Shown one piece after another: positions 39,580 to 53,100 of a DNA stretch of 64,000 nt. The notes beneath the pieces were generated by a model. It had not been told where the DNA came from. It was given only the letters and a program-made list of their open reading frames with translations, and did no database searches. Both the position numbers and the translations under genes were made by a program. The stretch covers positions 54,190,001 to 54,254,000 of the forward strand of contig NC_086108.1 of the NCBI RefSeq assembly GCF_963921235.1, read 5' to 3'. The stretch's first letter is position 1. Each line of letters opens with the position of its first letter. Source of the DNA: Mobula hypostoma. Taxonomy: Eukaryota.

Positions 39580-42165
39580 TAGAACATAGAACATAGAATA
39601 GTACAGCACAGTACAGGCCCTTCGGCCCACAATGTTGTGCCAACCCTTAAACCCTGCCTCCCATATAACCCACCACCTTAAATTCCTCCATGTACCTGTC
39701 TAGTAGTCTCTTAAATTTCACGAGTGTATCTACCTCCACCACTGACTCAGGCAGTGCATTCCACGCACCAACCACTCTCTGAGTAAAAAAACATTCCTCT
39801 AATATCCCCCTTGAACTTCTCACTCCTTACCTTAAAGCCACGTCCTCTTGCAGTGGTGCCCTGGGGAAGAGGCGCTGGCTATCCACTCTATCTATTCCTC
39901 TTATTATCTTGTACACCTCTATCATGTCTCCTCTCATCCTCCTTCTCGCCAAAGAGTAAAGCCCAAGCTCCCTTAATTTCTGATCATAATGCATACTCTC
40001 TAAACCAGGCAGCATCCTGGTAAATCTCCTCTGTACCCTTTTCAATGCTTCCACATCCTTCCTATAGTGAGGCGACCAGAACTGGACACAGTACTCCAAG
40101 TGTGGCCTAACCAGAGTTTTATAGAGCTGCATTATTACCCCACGACTTTTAAACTCTACCCCTTGACTTATGAAAGCTAACACCCCATAAGCTTTCTTAA
40201 CTACCTTATCTACCTGTGAGGCAACTTTCAGGGATCTGTGGACATGTACCCCCAGATCCCTCTGCTCCTCCACACTACCGTGTATGCTGCCATTTACTTT
40301 GTACTCTGCCTTGGAGTTTGTCCTTCCAAAGTGTACCACCTCACACTTCTCCGGGTTGAACTCCATCTCAGCCCACTTCTGCATCCTATCAAATGTCTCT
40401 CTGCAATCTTTGGCAATCCTCTCCACTGTCTACAACACCACCAACCTTTGTGCCATCTGCAAACTTGCCAACCCACCCCTCTACCCCAACATCCAGGTTG
40501 TTAATAAAAATCACGAAAAGTGGAGGTCCCAGAACAGATCCTTGTGGGACACCACTAGTCACAATCCTCCAATCTGAATGTACTCCCTCCACCACGACCC
40601 TCTGCCTTCTGCAGGCAAGCCAATTCTGAATCCACCAGGCCATGCTTCCCTGGATCCCATGCCTTCTGACTCTCTGAATAAACCTACTGTTTGGAACCTT
40701 GTCACATGCCTTACTAAAATCCATGTAGATTACATCCACTATGCTGGCCTCATCAATAGGAAAAGGGGAGGTGCAACGAGATCTGGGTGTCATTATACAC
40801 CAGTCATTAAAAGTGGGCATGCAGGTACAGCAAGCGGTGAAAAAGGCGAATGGTATGCTGGCATTCATAGCAAGAGGATTCGAGTACAGGAGCAGGGAGG
40901 TACTGCTGCAGTTGTACAAGGCCTTGGTGAGACCACACCTGGAGTATTGTGTGCAGTTTTGGTCCCCTAATCTGAGGAAAGACATTCTTGCCATAGAGGG
41001 AGTACAAAGAAGGTTCACCAGATTGATTCCTGGGATGGCAGGACTTTCATATGATGAAAGACTGGATCGACTGGGCTTATACTCTCTGGAATTTAGAAGA
41101 TTGAGGGGGGATCTTATTGAAATGTATCAAATTCTAAAGGGAATGGACAGGCTAGATGCAGGAAAACTGTTCCTGATGTTGGGGAAGTCCAGAACGAGGG
41201 GTCACAGTTTGAGGATACAGGGGAAGCCTTTTAGGACCGAGATGAGGAAAAACTTCTTCACACAGACTCTCTATGGAATTCTCTGCCACAGGAAACAGTT
41301 GAGGCCAGTTCATTGGCTATATTTAAGAGGGAGTTAGATATGGCCCTTGTGGCTAAAGGGATCGGGGGTATGGAGAGAAGGCAGGTACAGAGTTCTGAGT
41401 TGAATGATCAGTCATGATCATACTGAACGGTGGTGCAGGCTCGAAGGGCCAAATGGCCTACTCCTGCACCTATTTTCTATGTTTCTATATGCTTGGTCAC
41501 CTCCTCAAAGAACTCTATCAGGCTTGTTAGACATGATCTGCCCTTCACAAAGCCATGCTGATGGTCCCTGATCAGACCATGATTCTCTAAATGCCCGTAG
41601 ATCCTATCTTTTAGAATCTTTTCCAACCGCTTTCCCACCACAGACATAAGGCTGCCCGTAGAACAATCTCTTCCCTAGCCTCGTGGAGCAGCCTGGGGAA
41701 TATTCCGTCAGGCCCTGGGGACTTATCCATCCTAATGTATTTTAACAACTCCAACACCTCCTCTTCCTTAATATCCACATGCTCCAGAACATCAACCTCA
41801 CTCATATTGTCCTCACCATCATCAAGTTCCCTCTCACTGGTGAATACCGAAGAGAAGTATTCATTGAGGAACTTGCTCACTTCTACAGCCTCCAGGCACA
41901 TCTTCCCACCTTTATCTCTAATCCGTCCTACCTTCACTCCTGTCATCCTTTTTTTCTTCACGTAATTGAAGAATGCCTTGGGGTTTTCCTTTACCCTACT
42001 CGCCAAGGCCTTCTCATGCCCCCTTCTTGTTCTCCTCAGCCCCTTCTTAAGCTCCTTTCTTGCTACCCTATATTCCTCAATAGATCAGATGTCCCATCTG
42101 ATCCTTGCTTCCTAAACCTCATGTATGCTGCCTTCTTCCACCTGACTAGATTTTCCACCTCACTT
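39580..42165 (-). mobile_element. CR1 LINE ORF2 and 3' end, containing a nested opposite-strand CR1
   Basis: [53 protein letters not shown]; (TTCTATG)n tail. Confidence 0.93.
40759..41488 (+). mobile_element. Nested 5'-truncated CR1 3' fragment
   Basis: RDLGV...[15 protein letters not shown]...[12 protein letters not shown]; ends in ttctatgtttctat. The host CR1 resumes after it. Confidence 0.9.
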
Positions 42166-42250
42166 TCTATTGAGCATTCTCTACACATTTTGAACAGATT
42201 GAATTGAAATGTCACCACCCACTCTAACAGCCTCCAGTACACGTAGATGT

Positions 42251-43720
42251 AAGTCAAATCAGGTCACTTTTTATTGTCATTTCGACCATAACTGCTGGTA
42301 CAGTACACAGTAAAAACGAGAACGTTTTTCATGACCGTGGTGCTATATGAAACAATACAAAAACTACACTGAACTATGTAAAACAACACAAAAACTACAC
42401 TAGACTGCAGACCTACCCAGGACTGCATAAAGTGCACAAACCAGTATAGGTATTACAATAAATAAATAAACAAGACAATAGACACAGTAGAGGGCAGTAG
42501 GTTGGTGTCAGTCCAGGCTCTGGGTATTGAGGAGTCTGATGGCTTGGGGGAGGAAGTTAGGTAGTTTGGTCATGAGAGCCCGAATGCTTCGGTGCCTTTT
42601 GCCAGATGGCAGGAGGGAGAAGAGTTTGTATGAGGGGTGCGTGGGGTCCTTCATTATGCTGTTTGCTTTACGGATGCAACGTGTGGTGTAAATGTCTGTA
42701 ATGGCGGGAAGAGAGACCCCAATGATCTTCTCAGCTGACCTCACTATCCGCTGCAGGGTCTTGCGATCTGAGATGGTGCAATTTCCGATGCAACTGCTCA
42801 GGATGCTCTCAATACAACCTCTGTAGAATGTGGTGAGGATGTGGGGGGGGGGGTTGGGAGATGGACTTTTCTCAGCCTTTGCAGAAAGTAGAGACACTGC
42901 TGGACTTTCTTTGCTATGGACCTGGTGTTGAGGGACCAGGTGAGATTCTCCACCAGGTGAACACCAAGAAATTTGGTGATGTTAACGATCTCTACGGAGG
43001 TTTCATCGATGTTCAGCGGTGAGTGGTCGCTCTGTGCCCTCCTGAAGTCAACAACCATCTCTTTTGTTTTGTTCACATTCAAAGACAGGTTGTTGGCCCT
43101 GCACCAGTTTGCTGCACCTCCTCTCTGTATGCTGACTCATCGTTCTTGCTGATGAGACCCACCACGATCGTGTCATCAGCTACTTGATGATGTGGTTTGA
43201 GCTGTGTGTTGCAGCACAGTTGTGGGTCAGCAGAGTGAACAGCAGTGGACTGAGCACACAGCCCTGGGGGGGCCCCCTTGCTCAGTGTGATGGTGTTGGA
43301 GATGCTTCCAATTTGGACTGACTGAGGTCTCCCAGTCAGGAAGCCTAGGATACAGTTGCAGAGGGAGGTGTTCAGGCCCAGTAGGCTCAGCTTTCCAATC
43401 AGTTTCTGAGGACTGATTGTGTTGAATTCTGAACTGAAGTCTATGAACAGCATTTGAACGTACGTGTCTTTTTTGTCCAGGTGGGTTAGGGCCAGGTGGA
43501 GGGTGATGGCAATGGCATCGTCTGTTGAATGGTTGGGACGGTACGCGAACTGCAGGGGGTCCAGTGAGGGAGGCAGTAGGGTCTTGATATGCCTCATGAC
43601 GAGCCTCTCGAAACACTTCATGATGATGAATGTGAGTGCAACGGGACGGTAGTCGTTGAGGCAGGACACTGAAGACTTCTTCGGCATGGGGACGATGGTG
43701 GTGGCCTTGAAACACGTAGG
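42251..43720 (-). mobile_element. Rex1/Babar LINE, 5'-truncated, frameshifted
   Basis: [18 protein letters not shown]...[55 protein letters not shown]. Confidence 0.92.
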
Positions 43721-43749
43721 AGTGAAAAGCTGGTGTGGCCATGGTTGGA

Positions 43750-44357
43750 GTGAAAAGTATTAGAGTGGCCAGACTTTGGCTCAATAGGCTTAGTCATGAA
43801 CAGGAGCAAGCTAGAATTTAAGCTTGACAAGTTAGAGTTATGGCAAGTGTAGGCAGAATGGTAGTAATGCAGTGGAATGCTCCTCCTCTGAGATGTAGTC
43901 ATCAGGGAAACTTTGGTACCTTGAATCCCAAATCTGCAGGGAGTGCAGCCAACCTCATCTCCTGATTGACAAAGTCAAGGAGCTGGAGCTGGATGTACTC
44001 AGGACCATCCGGGAAGTTGTAAGCCTCATAAATGAAACTTACTTATGTGGTCACACTCAGAGCAGGCTTCAGATAGTAGATGTGTGACCACCAGGAGAAG
44101 TAAGGGTCATTCCCCTCAGCAAAAGTATGCCCTTTAGATACTGCTGGGGGTGGGGGAGGAACTGTGACTTTGAGGCTCACCAGTGAAGTGTAAAGACAGG
44201 TGATAGGTGTCTTGCTGGCTTGGGGGGGCCCGATACAGGAGATTCTGTAGCTGCAAAAGAGATGCCAGGATGGTGTGTTGCCTCTTGGGTGCTATGGTCC
44301 AGGATATGTCTGAGTGGTTGCAGAAGATTCTCAAGAGGGAGGACGAACAGCCAGAAG
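43750..44357 (+). mobile_element. Degraded CR1 ORF1 fragment (zinc finger / esterase region)
   Basis: RRFCSCKRDARMVCCLLGAMVQDMSEWLQKILKREDEQPE resembles the CR1 ORF1 esterase start. Confidence 0.6.
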
Positions 44358-45135
44358 GACTATATGACATAGGAGAATTAAACCACTCGTCCCATGGAGT
44401 CTGCTGTTCCATTCCATCATGGCAGAGTTATTATCCCCCTCAACTCCATTCTCCTGCCTTCTCCCCATAACCTTTGTCACTCTGATTAATCAAGAATCTA
44501 TCAACCTCTGCTTTAATTGTACTCAATGACTTGGCCTCCACAGCCATCCATGGCAATGAATTACGCAACTTCATCACCATCTGACTAAAGAAATTCCTTC
44601 TCAGCTCTGTTCTAAAAAGACGTTCCTCTTTTCTGAAGCTGTGCCCTATGGTCCTAAACTCATCTACTATAGGAAATGTCCCCTCCACATCCATTCCATC
44701 TCGGCCTTTCAATATGTGATAAGGTTCAATGAGATCCACTCTTATTCTTCTAAACTCCAGTGCGTATAGTCCCAGACCCATCAAACGCTCCTCATATATT
44801 AACCTTCTCTTTACCAGAGTCATACTTATGAACCTCCTCTGGACCCTCTCCAATGTCAGCATGTCTTTTCGTAGATAAGGGGCCCAAAACTGCTCATCAT
44901 GTTGCAAGTGTGGTCTTACCGGTGTCTTATAAAGCCTCAGCATAACATCCTTGCTCTTATATTTTCGTCCTCTTGAAACAAATGTAAACATTGTATTTGC
45001 CTTTCTTCCCACTGACTCCACAGCCAAATTAACCTTCAGGGTACCTTACACAAGGATTTGCACGATCCTTTGCACCTTTGATTTTTGAATTTTCTTTCCA
45101 TTTACACCTTTATTCCTTCTACCATACACTTCCTC
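44358..45135 (-). mobile_element. CR1 3' fragment
   Basis: ORF 44440-45027: LRLYKTPVRPHLQ...LGLYALEFRRIRVDLIE. Confidence 0.88.
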
Positions 45136-46049
45136 TGATCTGGGCCGACATTTACGTGCTGAGCGGTACCTAATTAATTAGCTTGTTTATTTCGGCTTTT
45201 TTCTTAAAGATGTGCTGGGTGCGTTCTGGCTACCGCTGCACCACTGCATTCTTCGTGGCAATGTATCGGTCTGCGGCCTGGAGGTTGGGGACCATTGCTC
45301 TACATCACCGGAGTTCATTTTTATTAGCTCAACCATCACCACGTGCCAATAATGATATTCTACTATTTTAAAGAAATAATTTCCTGTTCCTGATGTAAGC
45401 TTTTCATATTGGGAATTCCAAGCACAGATGGGATATGTTTAACGTACTGGTTAAATCTAACAGTGTGACTAGCCTTTTGATTATTCGGTTATTTTAAAAT
45501 TCTCCATTTGCACTTGTATATCAGGTTCAAGTTATTGTTGTCATGGGCATACATACCCAGAGAAAGAATGCAATGGATTTTATGGCAGCAATAGAATAGT
45601 ATACAATACTTTTCAATAGCAGAAGAATATACATACAAGATGAGGACCAAACATAAGTTAGCATGAATTAATGTATCATACATATACATGCAAAAATATG
45701 CAATGAAATAAACATAATGATAGTAGTGCAAGATAGAGCAAAATGTAAGGTAGTACTAATTATATTTATGCAGGAAGCAGATGGCAGTGGGGAAGAAGCT
45801 GTAGTTGAACTGTGAGGTGTAGATCTTCAACTCTTGTACCCCTGTCTGATGGCAACATCAGGAAGAGGGCAAGGCTCAAATTGTAGTGGTCCCTGATGAT
45901 GAATGCTGCCTTCCTGAAATATTTGAGGAGAACTATACCCATAATGGAACTTGCGGAGTCCGCCACACACTGTAGCCTCTTTCATTCTTGTAGACTAGAC
46001 ATTCTAGATCAGGCTCTGATGCAGCCAGTTACAAAACTTTCTACTGCAT

Positions 46050-49000
46050 TAACCCTTTCATTCCTGGGATCATTCTCATGAACCTCCTCTGGACCCCTTC
46101 AATGCCAGCCATCCTTTCTTGGATGAGGGGCACAAAACTGCTCCCAGTACTCTACAAGTGTGGTCTGACCAATGTTTTAAAATCGCAGTATTAGATCCTT
46201 GCTTTTATATTCTAGTCCCTTAGAAATAAATGCTAACAATACCTTCCTTACTACCAACTCAACCTGCAAGTTAACCTTTAGAGAATCTTGTACTAGGTCT
46301 CCCAAGTCAGTTTGCACCTCTGATTTCTGAATTCACTCCCCATTCCTTCTACTAAATTGCATAACCACACACTTCGCTACACTGTATTCCATCTGCCATT
46401 TCTCTGCCCATTTTTCTAATCTGTCTGAGTCCTTCTGAAGACATCCTACTTCCTCAACACTACCTGCCTGTCTATCTATCTTTATATGGTCTGCAACCTT
46501 GGCGTCTAAGCTATCAATTCTACCATTCAATCATTGACAAGTAAAATGAAAATAAACGGTCCCAACATTGACCACTACGTAGCACCACTAGTCAGCATCA
46601 ACCAAATGGAAGAGACCTCCTTTATTCCCATTCTTTGCCTTCTGCCAGTCAGCCAATCTTCTGTCAATGCTAATTTCTTTCCTGTAATACCATGGGTTGT
46701 TGTTTAGCAGGTTCTTCTCAAAGGCCAATTGTTTAATCTAATCTACCAATCTTCTGACATGGTTTGTGTTCAACAATTTACCAGCTTTTCACTTTCTTTC
46801 AAAAATGGTGTGTTCTATTGAAGGGATTAACCCCACAGTTTGCCATGTTCTATGTTGTTTTCCATCTTGCCCATTTTTCCTGATGTGTTTACAGCCATTT
46901 TGTAGAACGCCTGTAGCTCGCTTTTTTACTTGATGCTATCAGCATAAATATGTTTGTTTGTTCCTACAAGTCATTAAAATTAAATGAACAGCCGAGGGAC
47001 TATTTCTAATACCTATAGCACTCCAGTAGTAACAAAATTTATTGAAGTATCAATATGTGTGAAATCATTTTTTACAGGCATTCATAGTAAACAAAGAAAT
47101 ACAATAGAATAATGACAAGAGAGACTGACAAGTCAAATAACCATTGTGGAAAAGAAGACAAATTGCAAATAGAAAAAAATCTAATAATAAATTAATATGT
47201 ATGTAGATAATACTGAGAACATAAGTTGCAAAGTCCTTGAAAGTGAATCAATAGGTTGTAGAGTCAGTTCAGTGTTGATGTGAGGTTATCCAAGCTGGTT
47301 CAGGAGCCTCTCCATTGTCCACCCTGCTTGTTACGTCCTCAAAGAGCTCTAACAAATTTGTCAGGCAAGATTTCCCTTTACAGAAACTGTGCTGACTTTG
47401 ATTTATTTTATCATTAGTCGCCAAGTACCAGAAATCCTCATCCTTAATAATAGACTCCAGCACTTTCCCAACCACTGAGATTAGGCTAACTGGCTTATAA
47501 TTTCTTTTCTTTTGCCTTACCCCCTTGTTAAAGCAATCTTCCAGTCCTCTGTGACCATGCCAGAATCAAGTGATTCTTGAAAGATCATGACCAATACATC
47601 TGTTTTCTCTTCAGCAACCTCTCTCAGGACTCTGGGATGTACTCCATCTGGTCCAGGTGATTTATCCACCTCAAGACCTTTGATCCAGCCTCACACTTTT
47701 CCCTTTGTATCAGCAATGGCACTCACTCCTGCTCCTTGACATTCACAGAGCTCTGGCACACTGCTAGTGTCTTCCACAGTGAAGACTGATGCAAAATACT
47801 GTGACAAGAATACACATAAATTAAGATGTTAGCTGGCCTAGGCTGGCACCAGTAGGATCAGCAGTTGGTCTGCCACCTGTCTTCAGGAGAGAGAGAGAGA
47901 TAAGGAAAACAATGGAGCAGCATTTGGAGATGTTAATGAAGGGACGGGAGAGTCTAACGGAAGGAGAGCTGTCAAGATCGGCTCACCCTTTGAACCCTGA
48001 ACTGTTTGAAGTGATGGACAGGCGATACCCCAGCAGGGGGATAAAAAGGGACAGGTTCGCTAAGGCAGGACACACACGACACCCCGAGGTAACGAGACCC
48101 CGGAAGCGGTGCGTCTCCCACAAGTCGGTGGGAAGTTTTTGGCCGGCTGGTCGCGGGACAAGCCATAGACGCACAGGGTGGAAAGGCACGATCGGCGGGA
48201 ACCTGGTGTGTGTCCACCCTTGCCTGGGTGCCGGGTTCACCGCAGAGAAACGGTCGTATCTGGAAACGGAGGGGTCACGGTCGGTGACCTCAGATGACAT
48301 CACAAAGGGCTCGCACGAAAGCTGACTGCGAAGGTCTGTGTGTGGAAGTCGTTTGAATATTCATTCGTTTTGCTCTCTCTCTCCTTCCCCCCCCCACTGT
48401 CTGCGAACTGAACTGAACTTTGCGTCACTTTGAAACTGGTCATTTACCCCTAGACAACGATAGAGCTTGATTGATCCTGTTATCTTAATTCTGTGTACAT
48501 GTGTGTTTATCATTGCTGAACTGTTGCATTTATTATCCTTTTGATTAGAGTACTGTGTTGCTTGTTTCTTTAATAAAACTTTCTTAGTTCTAGTAATCCA
48601 GACTCCAACTGAGTGATCCATTTCTGCTGGTTTGGCAACCCAGTTACGGGGTACGTAACAATACCCATTAAGTTTATCTGCCATTTCTTTGTCCCCCATT
48701 ACTACCTCACCAGCATCATTTTCCAGTGATCCAATATCAACTGTCACCTTCCTTTTACTCTTTATATAACTGAATAAAAATAGTATCCTGCTTTATATTA
48801 TTGGCTAGTTTGCTCTCATATTTCATCTTTTCCCTTCTTGTAGCTTTTTTAGTTGCCTTTTGTTGGATTTTAAAAGCTTCCCACTCACTTTTGCTACCTT
48901 GTACGCCCTTTCCTTGGCTTTTATGTAGTCCTTAACTTCCCTTGTCAGCCACGGTTGCCTATCCCTGCCATTTGAGAACAACTACTTCTGTGGGACCTAT

Positions 49001-49270
49001 CTATACTGTGTCTTGTGAACTATTCCCAAAAACTTCAGCTATCTCTGCTCTGCCGTCATCCCCACCAGTATCCTCCTCCAATACACTTGGGCAAGCTCCT
49101 CTCTCGTGCCTCTGTAATTCCATTTATTCCATTGCGATACTGATACCTGTGACTCGTGCTTCACCCTCTCAAATTGCAGTATGAATTGATCATATTATGT
49201 TTATTTCCTCCAAAGGGTTCCTTTACATTAAGCTCCCTAACAAGGGTCGGGTTATTACCCAACACCCAAC
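46050..49270 (-). mobile_element. Fragmented CR1 ORF2 interrupted by other repeats and a solo LTR
   Basis: WAEKWQMEY, QHSFCKGKSCLTNLLE, IGSLENDAGEVVMGDKEMADKLN. The sequence is continuous across the LTR once it is removed. Confidence 0.8.
47800..48660 (+). mobile_element. Solo LTR (861 bp), 4-bp TSD ATAC
   Basis: TGTGAC...GTAACA termini; ATAC at 47796-47799 and 48661-48664; AATAAA at ~48572. Retains many CpGs. Confidence 0.9.
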
Positions 49271-50101
49271 CTACACCATGTCTGTATCCCTCCATCCTCC
49301 TTGTATCCATATGTCTTTCGAAAATGTCTCTTAAAAGCCTCTAATGTATTTGCCTCTACCACCGCACCAGACAGTGCATTCCAGGCAATCGTGACTGAGT
49401 GAAAGAGCTTACCCCTCATATCCCCCTTGAACCCATCCTCTCTCATCTTCAATGCATACCCTCTAGTATTAGATAGTTCAACCCAGGGAAACAGGTACTC
49501 TCTGTCCACTTGATCTATGTCTCTTATAATCTTAAAAACCTCCCAATCAAGAAAGTCTATCCAGCCTCTTGAAATAGCACATGCCCTCCAAACCAGGAAG
49601 CATCCTGGTAAACTTCTTCTACACTCTCTCCAAAGCCTCAACATCCTTCCTGTAGTGGGGTGACCAGGATTGTATGCAATACTCCAGATGTGGCCTAACT
49701 AGAGTTTTAAAAAGTTGCATCATAACCTCATTATTTTTGAACTCACTCTTTCATCTAATGAAAGCAAGCATTCCATAAGTCGTCTTAACCACCATAGCCA
49801 CTTTCAAGGAGCTACGACCTTGAATCCCAAGATCTCTCTGTTCATCAACACTGTTAAAGATCTTACCCTCAAGAATGTACTGTCTCCTTACATTTACCAT
49901 ACTGAGGTGCAACTCCTCACATTTATCTGGGTTAAACTCCCATCTGCCATTTCTCAGCTGATATCTGCACCAGGTCTATATCGTGCTGTATTCTTTGCCA
50001 TTCTTCTACACTATCCACAACTCCACCAATCTTGATATCATCCGCAATTTACCAACCCTACCTCCGATCTACTTTTTCATCCAGGTTATTTATATACATT
50101 A

Positions 50102-53100
50102 TGTTAGTGGATTTCTTTTTGGGTAGATGATTTGTTTACACTTAAATGACTTTGGCCACCAGACTTCTATTTTAACTGTTTGACAAAGGACTGTGGATTG
50201 AATCCACCACAATGGACTTCCTAAAAGGTGTGAATACCAGATACTTCTGGTAGTTTGACCTGATAATGTAGTTTCGAAGGCAGTATCACCTATACATTCT
50301 AAGTATTAATGGTATTAATTGTCTTCCATGTTAGCACGGGAAATGCCAAATAAATGTATTGTAGACTTAACTTACATTCCTAAAGGCTGTAGATACCAAC
50401 CCAGACATGTTGGCATCGGGAGGAAAGGATGGTGTGAGATTTTGTGTGTAGCTTCAATAGGAAGCATTGTCGGGGGGGCGTCACGTGATGACGTGGGATT
50501 GAGACGTGTAAATCCAGCTCTCCCGCAACAAATCAGTAAAGTACCGTTTAAACAAAACAAAGTTAATAGATATTTTCTGAAAACTATTTATAAACTTTGT
50601 AAGACTACTTTACGATATGCCTCCTAAACCGCAACAAAAGAAGTCTGCTGTTGTGAAGCAGCCACGAGAGGGGAAGGAAAAAGGGCCTACTGCAACGATG
50701 GAGCCTCGGACTCAGGTTGGATCTCCTTCGGTAGAACAGGGAGCAATGGCGGTGGTAACGGGTTCTTCGAAGAAGACACCGGAAATGCGCATGCGCAAAG
50801 AAGAGCGCGTGCGCAAATCGACAACGCCAACTACAAGAACAGACAGCCACTGCAATTGAAAATGACTCAGAGTCAGAATTGGATTCTGCAGAGAACACAG
50901 ATAAAGAAGAGGAGGAAGAATTGGAAGCGATTGGAAGTAAAGGAGATGATAGAGACATAAGAGAGGCTATATTGCAATTAACGGCTGAACTAAGAAAAAT
51001 AAGAGAAGAGCTTAGAGATACGAAGATGTGCTATAATGAAGTTATGGAAAGACAGGACAAAATGGATAAGAAGCTTCAAAAGATGGAAAGAGCAATGGGG
51101 CATATGAATGATAGAGTGGAAAAAACAGAAAATGATCTGCTTGTCTGGAACTCGGAAAGAAATCGACTCTTGGAGAAAGTGGACATGTTGGAAAATTTCA
51201 GTAGATGTAATAATATTAAAATTGTTGGTCTTAAAGAAGGTACGGAGGGAGAAAAACCAATAGAATTTTTTCAAAAATGGATCCCGGATGTTTTGCAAAT
51301 GGAAGAGGAGGTTCGACCAATTGAAATTGAGCGGGCACATAGAGCTCTAAGACCAAAACCAAAAGATGACCAATATCCACGATCGATTTTAATAAAATTC
51401 TTAAGATTTCAAGACAAGGAAAAGATTCTACAGGCAGCTGCTCGAGCTGCCGAGGATAGAAAAGGGCCATTGATAATTAAAGGGAACAAAGTTTTTTTCT
51501 ACCCTGATATAAGTTATGAACTTTTGAAGAGAAGGAAGAAATTTAATCCAGTGAAAAAAACCCTATGGGATCATGGTTATCAATTTATACTGCGTTATCC
51601 TGCAACCTTGAAGATTTTTTTGCCTGGTGGAGAAAAAAGATTTTTTGATGACTACCAGAAAGCAGAGCAGTTTGTGCGAGATTCTCTGAATATTCACCAG
51701 ATACAAGAACAAATCCAGGGGAGCGAGATAGATTGAAGATGAAGATTGGGTTAAAGAATGGACTTGTTGGGATTTTTGAAGCTGGATGAATGTATAAATA
51801 TATCATTAATTATACGAGGGGGCTAAGAAAGGTTAAAACTGGAGGAATATTAGTTGGGAATAGTAACATTAATTTTGCCTATATATATATAATTTTTTTT
51901 TTGTTGCGGGGGAGCTGGAAGAAGCACTGATCGATTGCTACGCTAGTCATGTGTGCAAGCGTGGCTTTTGCCACGACCCGTAAAATGGAGGGGGGTAGTG
52001 TTGTGTATCTTTTCATTCACAGCATTAGTGGGGGTGTATTTTGTTTTTTCTTTTTTTGTATTCTTTCTATCTTTTCTTTTTGCCTGGAAGGTTGGGAGGG
52101 AAACACATAGCAACATGGTGAAGTTTAAAGAGATTCCCCAAGGAACTATGAGAGTTGAGAAGATAAGTAATGTTTTAGATTGGAGTAACTTTGTTAAGAA
52201 TAATGACTAATTTATTGAATTTTTTGAGTTTTAATGTTAATGGGCTTAATGGACCAGTGAAAAGAAAAAGAATCTTAACACATATTAAAAAAAATGAAGA
52301 TGGATTTAGCTCTTTTACAGGAAACGCACCTAACAGAAACAGAACATCAGAAACTAAAGAGAGATTGGGTGGGAAGTATTGTTGCAGCTTCATTTAATTC
52401 AAAAGCGAGGGGAGTAGCAATTTTGATCAATAAAACGTTACCAATTAGAATACAAAATGTAATAACTGATTCTGCAGGGAGATATGTGATTATACATTGT
52501 CAACTTTTTTCTGAATTATGGACTTTTATGAATATTTATGCACCAAACGAAAATGATGCAAAATTCATACAAGAAGCTTTTCTGAATTTGGCGGATGCAC
52601 ATGAAAAAATATTAATTGGAGGAGACTTTAATTTTTGCTTAGACCCAGTCTTAGATAGATCAACCAAGGCTGTTATAAAATCGAAGGTAGTAAATTTAAC
52701 TTTATCATTGATGAAGGATTTAAATTTGATTGATATATGGAGAAGAATCAATCCTAAAGAAAGAGACTATTCGTTCTATTCCCATAGACATAAAACTTAC
52801 TCAAGGATAGATTTGTTTCTATTATCAATGCATATTCAACACAGAGTGAAAAATATGGAATATAAAGCAAGAATATTATCAGATCATTCCCCTTTATTAA
52901 TGACAATAATAATGGCTGATAAGGAAGAAGTGGCTTATAGATGGAGATTTAATTGAACATTATTAAAACGTCAAGATTTCTGTGATTTTATGAAAAAGCA
53001 GATTCAATTTTTTTTGGATACAAATTTTCATTCTGTGGATGATAAATTTATATTATGGGATGCGATGAAAGTATATCTTAGGGGCCAGATAATAAGTTAT

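Noticed and set aside
40389..41337. Overlapping ~200-aa ORFs on both strands
   Set aside because: Chimeric read-throughs at the junction of two nested, oppositely oriented CR1 copies.
47912..48325. 137-aa ORF
   Set aside because: It lies wholly inside a solo LTR and has no protein motifs.
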